Shown in pieces: positions 29,100-40,130 of a stretch of DNA of 64,000 nucleotides. Location: contig NC_043000.1 of the NCBI RefSeq assembly GCF_006345805.1, positions 52,390,001-52,454,000 on the forward strand. Reading direction: 5' to 3'. The stretch's first letter is position 1. Each line of letters begins with the position of its first letter. A model generated the notes under the pieces. It saw nothing but the letters and a program-made list of their open reading frames with translations. It was not told the origin of the DNA and made no database searches. The DNA comes from Octopus sinensis. Lineage: Eukaryota. The translations under genes were made by a program, and so were the position numbers.

Positions 29100-29185
29100 C
29101 CATCACCAGCACAACCACCACCACCACCACTACCATCCCATCACCACCACCACCACCACCACCACCAACACCAACACCACTACCA
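29100..29185. repeat. Imperfect (ACC)n trinucleotide repeat
   Basis: Direct reading. It produces the poly-Thr/Pro pseudo-ORF. Confidence 0.93.
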
Positions 29186-29859
29186 GAACAGTACGCTTGT
29201 CTTCAGCCTATAGAATATTTGACTAATAACTGCTACGACATCTGAAAATATATCAGAATGTTTCTTTCATTTAACTTACTATTTTCAGATTATTTTTATT
29301 CGTGAATTTCCTTGTTATATAATATATTTGATATATAAACGTCACTGTTGCAGAATTAAAAAGAAATTTGTTCCGTATACACATAACTCGTGGTGGACTG
29401 ATGTAGCACAAACCTTCAAGCATTGCTTGAAGCAGAACCAATGCTCCAATAGAATTACAGAACTGACGGATACTTCTAGAAATATTTTCCTGGGATATAG
29501 AAGAAATATAATATTGATAATTTTGATTGTCAGATAAATTTTAATCTACAGCATATCTAGGATGATAATTGTTTAAAGCACGAAGTTACATCTAGATGGT
29601 GGCAAATCTGAGGAGGATATGTTACTTGAGTACTTTAGATTACAATATACAAGGTAGGATACAATATAGATGAGCGCAGGAGGCGATGCGAATATAGAGA
29701 AATGACATTCAAAATAGAGTATAGAAATAGCATTTCCATAGGCGTACAGTCAGTGGCGCTTCCACCGCAGGCTTTTTTAGGTGCGATTTAGAGTTTTTCG
29801 TACAAAGGTTTTCTATATTAGCAGTAATGCAATCACGCATATATTAGCAATGCACGCAC

Positions 29860-30160
29860 TAAGGCGTGGGTGTATGGTAAGAATTTTGCTTTCCAAACAC
29901 ATGTTTCTGGGTTCAGTCCCAATGCATGATACTTTGGACAATTGTCTTTTACTGTAGTCTCAGGTGAACCACAGCCTTTTGAGTAGGTTTGGTAGATTTG
30001 GTGTTTATATTTGTGTTTGTGTTGACAACCAGTGTTGGTATGTTTTCTTTTCACATTCCGTAACGTAACGCTTCGGCACAAGAAAGCAACATAATAACTA
30101 CTGAGTTTTAAAAGAATATGTACTATGGTCGGTTTATTCGAATAAAAAATAAAGAAGTCT
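29860..30160 (+). mobile_element. Old SINE family A copy
   Basis: gggtgtatggtaagaattttgct...gggttcagtcccaatgc matches the family A head; the 3' half is also recognisable. Confidence 0.75.
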
Positions 30161-30699
30161 TCAAGACATAATATACTGCTAATAATGGTTACATAAGCTT
30201 AGAGCAGACCAATAACTGAGCAGAGCCGTAATGTTTTGTTTTGTCTCTGAAAAGAGGTTCACATTTTCATAATACAATTTTTACGATATATATTTATATA
30301 TATAATTAATATAAATAGCTAAGCACAATGCGATACAATAACGGGACAATTTAATCGTTACTAACTGTGACTAAAGGTGTCGAGGCACCTACATTGCAAG
30401 AATTAAGAGTTGAAATACACCTGAAGCTTTAGGAAGAGCGCAGATATATGCTGACAGGGGAGTCAACCGCCCCATGTTGACTCGAAAATCCTGAGACTAG
30501 ACGTCTAGTTTCGTATATTCCGTAGATCTCTAGTGAGGACTACTCGATCGGCACACTGTGTGCGTGTGGGTGGGTGTTAGTATATATGGGTTTGAGAGTG
30601 TGTGGGTTCAGGCTATGAGAGATAATGATCGTATTGTAGCAAGGGCAATAATTGTCTCTTTCCAAGAAAACGTGTTACATTCATGTAGTTCTTTTGAGT

Positions 30700-31450
30700 T
30701 CTATTGGGTCAAGTATGAACTCGCGCTAAGTTTCAACATTCTAGCGCAATTCCGCTGTTTACAGCAGTGTTTGAAAAGAAGGTGTGTAGCGTGTGATCAT
30801 CGCAGTTACCATGACAGATACAGTTGAGCAGAGAATCTGCATCAAATTCTGGCAAACGCTCAGAGGTCTATTGCAAAGTTTTCAAAATTTTCCATCGTTC
30901 TCGAGACAATCAAACAGATTATGTGCAACTAAAACCCGAGTAGCATTTTGGTCAGCTGCAAGCTGTTTTGGCACAAATTTGGCACATAGGCGTCTCACAC
31001 TCGAATCTTCAGTGATAATGGACTAGACTATAAGTAATCTGCACATCCTCTAATACCTGCACGCACATCTGCGATGTTTTTCTCAGTTCTGCTGGCTGCA
31101 GAACGTTCAATATCGACGTTTTTTCGGCCTTCTTGGAAACGTCTGAACCACTTGAACATTTGTGTGCGGGTCCAAAACTCCTCTCCAATCACTTGCTTTA
31201 ACTTTGCGTAGCCGTCTGATCAGGTATCGCCATGACAGCAGCTTTCTCTGTCATGGTCAATGCGACGATCACACGTTACACTCCTTCTTCCGAAGCACTA
31301 CCTTAAACAGCGAAAGTGAGAAAGAGCATTAAATCTTAGTGGGCATGCAGAGCACTGCTCATGGTCAATCTTTGCCATGCGACTTTACTCTGCGTGCCTT
31401 AGATTTATTACTATGGCAACAGTCCGGATACTTATTGATCAGTCCTTGTA
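30700..31450. mobile_element. Second mariner-derived long-arm MITE, same family as 10678-11254
   Basis: Reads MTDTVEQRICIKFW at ~30810. The right TIR ggatacttattgatcagtccttgta ends at 31450; the left TIR is not found. Confidence 0.85.
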
Positions 31451-31466
31451 TATATATATATATATA

Positions 31467-31677
31467 TACTCTTTTACTCTTTTACTTGTTTCAGTCATTT
31501 GACTGCGGCCCTCCTGGAGCACCGCCTTTAGTCGAGCAAATCGACCCCGGGACTTATTCTTTGTAAGCCCAGTACTTATTCTATCGGTCTCTTTTGCCGA
31601 ACCGCTAAGTGACGGGGACGTAAACACACCAGCATCGGTTGTCAAGCAATGCTAGGGGGACAAACACAGACACACAA

Positions 31678-31726
<49 letters not shown>

Positions 31727-31892
31727 TACGACAGGCTTCTTTCCGTTTCCGTCTACCAAATCCACTCACAAGGCATTGGTCAGCCCGGGGCTATAGCAGA
31801 AGACACTCGCCCGAGGTGCCACGCAGTGGGACTGAACCCGGAACCATGTGGTTGGTTAGCAAGCTACTTACCACACAGCCACTCCTGCGCCT
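31467..31892 (-). mobile_element. SINE family A, most intact copy
   Basis: Minus strand: head aggcgcaggagtggctgtgtggtaagtagc...gggttcagtccc (A/B-box-like), internal (TA)n/(TG)n and a 3' (AAAGAGTA)n tail. Flanked by (TA)n on both sides. Confidence 0.95.
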
Positions 31893-31953
31893 ATATATAT
31901 ATATATTTGATTAAGGAGAGAGACGGAAGGTGGAAGGTAAGAGAATGTTTATT

Positions 31954-32800
31954 AATCACTAAAATCGTGTCAACCCATATAGCAACGATGTGATAACGGA
32001 CAAGTGGGTTAGTAGTATCCGGCAGCATTGATGAGTCTCTTCAGGTGATTACAAGATGCAACTCGTGAAAATAACGTCTGTTTCGGAAGATAACTCCTCG
32101 CCTTGTGTATACAAAAGCAGCAAATTTAAAGATACACCTTCATTTTTATATAAAATCAGTAATAAATAACAGATCTACAAAGTAACAAATACAGTGTAAG
32201 AATTATTAAATATAACAGAATTATTAAATATAACCTGTTAACAGGTATGGATGTATAAACGCCCTCCCTTAGGTTGTATGGCACACGTTCACTCGCTCGT
32301 ACAAACATTCACGAAGTTAGCATATGCAAATGCATGATTTGGCCCACAAATCTTCACACATGAATTAAATACATAACTACTCAGTGTTTATAAGACTGGG
32401 GAAGTTAGAGTTAAATTCAATACATCCATACCTTAAGGTAAATTATGATTATTAACTTGGTTGACAGTTACTCAAATTCATTCCCAATGCATTATGCGAA
32501 AGTGTATTTATAAGCTTGTAAGCATCTTGAGAGTCTTTCAGAAATTCTATTAATGATCTTCTCATTAGTCCAGCAAATAGACAGGGATTCCTCCGAGCAG
32601 AGTCTCCAAGAAAGAATATTATATTGTTGTGCGTGCCTTATTATGAACCAAGTTAGATTATAATTTTATCTTTCCCACTCAGTATCAGTCAAAGATGTTG
32701 AATGCCTCTCGTTGATTTTCTTGAAGATGGCGACATAAATGCGATAACGATTCTTGAATGATTCAACCGTTGTCCAGTGTAAACGCACATTCTCTCTTTG
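31954..32800 (-). pseudogene. Penelope-like 3' fragment: GIY-YIG C-terminal half, 3' UTR and relic hammerhead
   Basis: 32500-32790 (one frameshift) reads VYTGQTVESFKNRY...HSTSLTDTEW...LTWFII...LCSEE...NRISERLSRC. The hammerhead relic is at 31954-32050. Confidence 0.75.
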
Positions 32801-32805
32801 TTTGT

Positions 32806-32849
<44 letters not shown>

Positions 32850-33062
32850 TATTATTTAAGTAGATAAATGAATTATCTTATTACGGATAATTCGAAAGAT
32901 AACCGATACCTGGGTAGCAAACTCACAACAGAAAGAACACGGTTGGAGTTACGACCATAGGGCATATACTCCGTGCCTTAGTGCGGAAATCTGAAGTTTA
33001 ATTTAATATAAGTATAGGAAAGAATGGAGCTGAACGAAGATTTAACAAAATTCCTTTATTTT

Positions 33063-33148
33063 ATTTTCGACATATGTTTCGAAGTCTGCAAAATTCCTAA
33101 TTCCGAATGAATAAGGAGTCCATTATGCAGCTTTTTCTTCAGGAAAAT
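33063..33148 (-). ncRNA. Type I hammerhead, antisense twin of 34237-34322
   Basis: attttc-CTGAAGA-aaaagctgca...tgcagacttc-GAAA-catatg-TC-gaaaat. Position 10.1 is A, which breaks the G10.1-C11.1 pair. Confidence 0.75.
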
Positions 33149-33432
33149 CCAGGAACTTCTTTCGCCAACAAAATGCACAACAAGTTTTTAGATGACTGCT
33201 CTCGAGGAGCCCATAGCGATAATGATAAATAGTGTCTATTTATTGGGGTGACGTCAGATTGGTTGAATGTAGGAGAAACTGGCAGTTACTAGAGTTCTAG
33301 GGTTCAATCGAGGTTAGAGGAGGAAGGTAAAAGAATATTAAGGTGAGGGAATGCATTCTGTTTGACTGGTGTTTATATTTGATTTATTTTATGAATGAGT
33401 GCTCGTATGTGTGAGTGTGTATACTTGCCTTA

Positions 33433-33467
<35 letters not shown>

Positions 33468-34121
33468 TGTGAATGTGTGATTGTGTGTGTAGAAGGCTGA
33501 CAGAAAATTAACAGTCAGGATGTGAAAGAACTGTGTCTGTGTGTTCGAATGTGTCAACTTAAGAGGGAGTGGGCATAAAGAGCCCACAATAGTAGTGACA
33601 AGAGATGAGGGGACTACTGGAATTGGTAGCAGCTCTTAGAAATTATGAGAAAATCTTATAAACTAAAGGGATGAGATATCACAATTTAATTTTGTAGGAA
33701 ATCCAGGGGTTATCTATATTAGACTTCATTGGTATGAGTGAAAGGTATGCTTTTTCCAGTGTAAGCATCTGAAAGATCTCTCGACAATCGAGTTTATTAC
33801 TTGGCATCGGGCAAACAGAATATGAAAGAGTTCGGAATTACAGAGGGCACATATTTTTCTGCCCTTATCAAACGGTAAGGACACCGACAATATTGACCAT
33901 TCCAGCGTAAAAGTTGAAATTGCGTTCTTCAAACGCCAGACTAATTTGCTTAGCCCCGTGGTGTGCTGTTTACTCTTATCTCTAAACGTGGAAAAAATGG
34001 TTGGAGACTCTTGTGGCTAATTTAGAAGAGGTTGCACCAATATAGAGGTAGACATCGATTCCTCCTCCAGCCTCGATTGAACCCTTGAACTCTAGAAACT
34101 GCCAGTTTCTCCTACATTCAA

Positions 34122-34148
34122 CCAATCTGACGTCACCCCCTATAAATA
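34122..34148 (+). promoter_or_regulatory. CCAAT box, perfect CRE and TATA-like cluster in the pseudo-LTR
   Basis: CCAAT 34122-34126, TGACGTCA 34128-34135 and TATAAATA 34141-34148, about 95 bp upstream of the hammerhead core. Function untested. Confidence 0.45.
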
Positions 34149-34236
34149 GACACTATTTATCATTATCGCTATGGGCTCCTCGAGAGCAGTCATCTAAAAA
34201 CTTGTTGTGCATTTTGTTGGCGAAAGAAGTTCCTGG

Positions 34237-34322
34237 ATTTTCCTGAAGAGAAAGCTGCATAATGAACTCCTTATTCATTCGGAATTAGGAATTTTGCAGA
34301 CTTCGAAACATATGTCGAAAAT
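34237..34322 (+). ncRNA. Type I hammerhead ribozyme motif with fully canonical core
   Basis: Stem I attttc/gaaaat; CTGAAGA 34243-34249; stem II gaa..ctgca/tgcag..ttc with G10.1-C11.1; GAAA 34305-34308; palindromic stem III acatatgt; GUC triplet with predicted cleavage after 34316. Confidence 0.85.
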
Positions 34323-34749
34323 AAAATAAAGGAATTTTGTTAAATCTTCGCTCAGCTCCATTCTTTCCTATACTTATATATATATATATATATATATACA
34401 AGATTCATACTCATACAGTGATTCATGAATGGGCATTTGGATTTTTCTCTGCATGAACATTTATTTGATATGCTTATGTGGCATACGCTACATTTCTTTT
34501 AAAGAGATGCGTATTGTAATCATCTATATCGTCAAATACTCCTGAACCAGTAGTTAAGTATCCCATTCTTGAGGTATCGGTGCTAGATGAGACGAAATAA
34601 TTGTAGTGAATAATAAGCATTCTCGTATCTTACATCTTTCGGAACCTGTGGAATTGTGCTTTACTGGTAAGCTACCCGCCATATATCATATTTATTGTTT
34701 AATCTAATATACCTATATATATAGGCTTTCTGTCTGTCACTGTCAGTCT

Positions 34750-34758
34750 ATCTCTCTC

Positions 34759-34839
<81 letters not shown>

Positions 34840-34892
34840 GTATGTATGTATGTATGTATGTATGTATGTATGTATGTATGTATGTATGTATG

Positions 34893-34940
<48 letters not shown>
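34750..34940. repeat. Compound (TATC)n-(TATG)n-(TATC)n microsatellite
   Basis: Direct reading. Confidence 0.97.
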
Positions 34941-34942
<2 letters not shown>

Positions 34943-35541
34943 CAGGGTGTCCCAAAGGTCACTAATGGGTTTCAGTTTTTAATAACTTTCTTAAATTTAC
35001 AAATAAATGCATGAAATGTTGATACAATATAAAGGACATAATGGAAATTAATATATGCACAAGTCAACTTTTGCAACATATGAAAAATTGCATCGCTTAA
35101 ATGGTTGCCTTTTCGGCTTCGCACGCCCGTGTTCTTTCCAAAACTTGCATCATAACACGCTCAAAAGATTCAGACACCACTTCTCTGATTTCTCTACAGA
35201 TGTTTTCCTTCAGTTGCATCAGAATCCCCGGTTTGACGATGCAAACCCTCTCCACAAAAAAAAAAAAGAAAATCCGCGCTAGTGATGTCGGGGGAAGGTG
35301 AAGGTCAGTTGACATTGCCGTAGCGGGAGATTATACTCTCTTCCAAAGTACTGCCGTAGCAACTGCATTGTTTCTTTTGCAGTATGAGAAGTTGCCCCTC
35401 TTGCTGGAACCATGTGTTATGGTGTAAGTTTTGGAAATGGCATGGGTGTACGAAACCGAAATGGCTGCCATTTGAGCGATGTCCTTTTTAATATGTGCTG
35501 TAGTACAGTTTCAAACATTGTCTGGTGTATATTGATTCCAA

Positions 35542-35550
<9 letters not shown>
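34941..35550 (-). pseudogene. 3' part of a rosa/maT-like (Tc1/mariner superfamily) transposon with right TIR
   Basis: TIR tacagggtgtcccaaaggtcact at 34941. Translation includes WFQQEGATSHT..ETMQLLRQYFG and QLKENICREIREV. Confidence 0.75.
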
Positions 35551-35584
<34 letters not shown>

Positions 35585-35841
35585 CTACAATTACTACTAC
35601 TTCCTGTCCTGCCAACATGCTGAATTAAACCACACAACACATGCTCTTAATCCCTTTGGATCTTAATACCTCAAGGTAATTTTCGTGAACAATCATAAAA
35701 CTCATGATACACAACGAACTCACAATGTATCGGAGTACTTATTTTTTAATTTTTGTACATTTTTATCATTATTCTTTTGCAAAAAACAATGCAATTTTCT
35801 TTTTCCCCTTTCTAATTTAAAAAAAAAATTTTAAAACATAA

Positions 35842-35884
35842 TTATTCTTGACAAGTCATACAATGACGAAAACCGGTTGAATAA
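35842..35884 (+). ncRNA. Minimal type I hammerhead motif with U3:A8 core
   Basis: ttattc-TTGACAA-gtcat.aca.atgac-GAAA(A)-ccgg-TT-gaataa. Stems I (6 bp) and II (5 bp) are perfect; there is one extra A before stem III. Confidence 0.6.
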
Positions 35885-36003
35885 ATATATATTATATATT
35901 TTATCAATTCTCATTTTACTAAAATTTTCTTTCATTTGAGCATTCTGCATTTAAAAAAAATGTTTTCCTTACTTATATATATATATATAATATATTATAT
36001 ATA

Positions 36004-36042
<39 letters not shown>

Positions 36043-36215
36043 TATATATATGTATATGTATATATAAATGTTTTTTTACATACATATGTATATAATATAT
36101 AATATACATATACATATATATGTATAAATATATATATATTATTATGTATACACATTTATCCATATATATATATATATATTTACATATATACATACATATC
36201 TATATATACATATTA

Positions 36216-37246
36216 TATTGTGTCAGCCCATAATTAACGTGGATAGCATTTGAAAGAGATGGAAAGAGGTGGAAATCCGTTGGTGCCGAATCAGGAGAGT
36301 ACGGTGGGTGTGGCAGCACTTCCCATATTGGCGATATCAGGGCGGGCGTTGTCGTGCAGCTGAAGAACTCCATGCTGACGATTAGGTGTTTTCTCTTGAA
36401 TAGCCGTGTTGCGTCGTTCCATCTATTGAACATAGAGTTCCGCGTTGACCGTTTGGTTCCGTTTAAGCAATTCTTAATGGATAATCCATTCCCAGTTCCA
36501 CCATGCGCACAACATCGTTTTACGCGGATGAAGATCTTGTTTCACATTTTTTACGCCGCTTCATATTGATGTACACGCACCATTTTCCGTTGCCAGTAAC
36601 GATGCGGTAAAGGATTTGATGCTTGTGTCGATGATTTGAGCAGTGACGAGCAAGCAAACCAGTGGAGATAACGTCTCGTTGATTTTCGTTGTTGTCACTT
36701 AAAGCATGCGGAACCCATGCTCCATACTTCTGAACCTTTTCTATCGAGTGAAGATGCTTCTCTATAGCAGTGTGGGAGCATTCCATTTTCTCTACTTGTT
36801 CTCTTGTCGTTTGACAAGAATTTTCGTGCAAAAGGTGATTTAATCGCTCTTTATTGAACTCAACTGGATGGCCAGAACGAGGTGCGTCTTTGAGGTCAAA
36901 ATCTCTATTTTTGAACTTGGCGTACCAATCACGAGCCGTTTTTTCAGCTATGGCATCCTCTCCATACACAGTACAAATGTCGCTAGCAGCATTTGCGGCT
37001 TCAGAACCTTGATTAAAAGTGAAAAAAAGGAGGTGTCGAAAATGCTTGTTTTTCTTAACTTGTCATTCCATTTTAATGATTTGAAAATAAACAAAAATTT
37101 GCTAAAATTAACTAGTGGAAACGCAAAATAGATTCCAAAATGATTCTAAAATAGAATTTTCGAAAAAAATATATTCCAAAATTTAAAAGCGCAATAAATT
37201 CCAAAATTTAAAAAATACGGCAGGAACATAGTTGGCAACCCAATAT
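36216..37246 (-). pseudogene. Mariner transposon (DD34D type), internally deleted
   Basis: ATG at 37071 (ME*QVKKNKHFRHLL); motifs WVPHAL, IVTGNGKW and PHPPYSPD; left TIR tattgggttgccaactatgttc ends at 37246. Confidence 0.92.
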
Positions 37247-37249
37247 GAT

Positions 37250-38372
37250 ATACTTTCCTTCATTTTCTACGATACTCTATAATCTGTCTGGTAGACTTGC
37301 AAGACACCACTTCCAAAGTTCATTTCTCTGTGACGAAAAATAATTCTGCAGTACTGTTCTGACCTCTCTACAGAATTCAGGTTTTTGCAAGACTGCAGAA
37401 TAAATGATAATCAGAATATGTAATGTCCCATTCAAACTGTTCCAGCCTTTGGAATGTCATCTTCACTGTATGTGGCTGAGCATTATCTTGATGGAAGAAT
37501 ACCTTTCGTCTTGAAACCAAAGATGGTCGTTTTTATTCTAATGCTGACTTAAGCCGCTCAAGCTGCTCGCAGTAGATCTCATTTGTTATCGTTTTGTTTT
37601 GGGTTTAAAATGTCAAAGTGGGCTAAACATTTCATATCCCACTAAACAGTTAAGAACACTTTGCATGGGTGAAGACCTTCTTTACCGTGAGTGCCAATGT
37701 TTCTCCTTTCCCTAACCACTGTCTTCTGCGCTTGACATTTTTATAGAAAACCCATTGCTCGTCACCAGTAACTCTTCGGTACAAGAAAGAGTCATTAGTG
37801 AGACCTGAGTACATATTCACTCTATGCGCGCGATTAGATACAGAAAGTTTGCGAGGAACCAATTTGCTGACTTTTCCCATGGCACGCAGGTGTCGATGAA
37901 TGGTTGAATAACCAAATCCAAGCTTCTCTGCAAGTTCCTCAACAGTTACGATAGGATTTTTCTCCAATATGGTTTGCAGAATGCCCTCCTCCAGTTCTGC
38001 ATATCTTTCAAGGCGTGGCTCGTCTTCTAAGCTGTAGTTTCCGGCTCAGAATTTCTGGAATTACCATTGATACTGGCTTACGCTTATGGTCTGATCCCCA
38101 TATACTACATTAAGATTCCCCGCACTTTCCGTTGCGTTTTTGCCTCAGTTGAACTCATAAAACAAAATATTCCGACTATGCTCAATCCTCACTTCCATTC
38201 CAGCTTCGAAAAGATAACTGCTAAAATCGGACTGCACCCTTCAAGACTTGCAATAAGGTCAAGATAAAATACTACCTGCTTTTAAGTTGATATAGGTAGT
38301 TTAGCCCGTTCCTCTCCGTCTTTTATTTCCTGGAATTGACAAAACAGCATTATTTACGGGATTACCCAATAT
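37250..38372 (-). pseudogene. Second mariner transposon of a different family, abutting the first
   Basis: ATG at 38198 (MEVRIEHSRNILFYEFN); motifs LVPRKL, RVTGDEQW, FHQDNAQPH and SDYHLF; left TIR tattgggtaatcccgtaaataatg. Confidence 0.9.
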
Positions 38373-38517
38373 ATAGGCAACACCAGAATTAAGATAACAA
38401 ATGATAAAACCAAAACAGTCAAATGGACGTACACATAAAATGTATTAGTTTGACACCCATGTATGTATATATGCATAAACATATATCTGTTTAGTAAATA
38501 TATAATGAATAAATAAA

Positions 38518-38556
<39 letters not shown>

Positions 38557-38594
38557 GCATATGTATATAAATATATGTATATATATATATATAA

Positions 38595-38926
38595 TTGATA
38601 AAAACGGTATAATAAACAAAAGAAAGAAAGAGACCTCGATATTATGTAAATAGAGGAAATTATCTGTAAATGTAATATGTGACAATTATTCAAGTAGCCA
38701 AGGTAACACTCCGAATAATTGTCACATATTGCATTTATACACACACACACTATATATGTATATATATATACATGTATGTAATATTATATATGTGTGTGTG
38801 TGTATGTATATATATATATACATGCATATGTATGTATACATATATATATGTATATATATACATATATATACACACACACGCACATATATATATATATATA
38901 TATATAATATATATATATTATATATA

Positions 38927-38968
<42 letters not shown>

Positions 38969-39715
38969 ATATAAACTTATAAACACGGACAGAATAAAAA
39001 ATTATAATGCCAAATATGCCGAAAATAAAAAATCGTCAATAACCGTATAATTTATCACTATAGTGTTTATAGTGATAAATTATACGGTTATTGACGATTT
39101 TTCTATTTTCGGCATATTTGGCATTACATTTTTTTTCTTCTGCCCTTGTTTATAAGTTGTCTATAAATTTAACCGTTAAAGGTATTTTTTAATATGCTGG
39201 CCATTGATAGAATTTTTTCCGGAAAAATTTTATCCTATATTTGATGTAAATTTAATAGTGTTCACTTCCGGATTCTCTCACTCTATGAGAGTTCTCAGTC
39301 CGATCGCACGTGCCTTGAGGTGTGCTGGAGAATTTCTACTTTGGATATTTTTGGGGTACTTAAATGTGGTCATGACTTAGTGTTTGCTTTTTCCATGGGT
39401 ATAAGTAAGTATTTCATTTAATTCTTACTGTATTTATCGCTGACGAGGTGAAAACTCTTGTGAATTAACTCTGAAATTGGGACCGATACGATAATAACGG
39501 AATTTTTTAGAAATTTCTGTCGGCTTACTTCGAAACGCATGCTTATAGTGATAAATTATATGGTTATTGACGATTTGTCTTTTTACGGCATATTTGGAAT
39601 TAGAACTTTTTTTTCCTGCCCTTGTTATAAATGTAACCGTTAAAGGTAATTTTTAATATGCTGGCCATTGATAGAATTTTTTTCGGAAAGTTTTATCCTA
39701 TATTAGATGTATATC
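38595..39715. mobile_element. Cluster of PLE-type terminal repeats
   Basis: Hairpin 38667-38737, palindrome 38974-39158, direct repeat of ~39068-39250 at ~39543-39710, and a hammerhead motif at 39434-39494. Confidence 0.7.
39434..39494 (+). ncRNA. Type I hammerhead motif with canonical core but weak stem II
   Basis: ttatcg-CTGACGA-(26 nt, poor pairing)-GAAA-ttgg.ga.ccga-TA-cgataa. Confidence 0.5.
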
Positions 39716-39749
39716 TATACCTATATATATATATATACATATATATATA

Positions 39750-39962
39750 TACAGCACGGACTTACAGCACGGACTTTGTCAGTGAACAGGTCGCGGATTT
39801 TAGCGACGAAAATATTTTGACAAATTAAACTTAAATGTTGGAGTGAATCGAACGGCTTTTGTGTGTTTCTTAAATGGCTTATAAACACCTTCCACGCTGC
39901 AATTGTTTTCGTTTCAGCACACGATCTCAGATCAAATACTTGCTATGCGAGTACATCTCCGT

Positions 39963-39963
<1 letters not shown>
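39750..39963 (+). mobile_element. ~200-bp hammerhead-bearing repeat (G3:C8 family), single-arm copy
   Basis: Collinear with 45640-45840. Begins with a 13-bp tandem duplication tacagcacggact and ends gtacatctccgtaa before (TA)n. Confidence 0.85.
39775..39824 (+). ncRNA. Hammerhead-fold motif with G3:C8 variant core
   Basis: tttgtca-GTGAACA-g-gtcgc.ggatttta.gcgac-GAAA-atat-TT-tgacaaa. Confidence 0.65.
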
Positions 39964-40015
<52 letters not shown>

Positions 40016-40020
40016 GTATA

Positions 40021-40105
<85 letters not shown>

Positions 40106-40130
40106 TATATATATATATTATATATATATA

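Larger units (their letters stand above)
32830..34378 (-). mobile_element. Penelope-like element 3' end with inverted pseudo-LTR
   Basis: Inverted arms 33007-33325 / 34059-34378. The spacer encodes TTGLSKLVWRLKNAISTFTLEWSILSVSLPFDKGRKICALCNSE...RCLH, a PLE endonuclease C-terminus. Each arm has a hammerhead. Confidence 0.9.

Noticed and set aside
29063-29245. Pro/Thr-rich protein
   Set aside because: Translation of an (ACC)n microsatellite.
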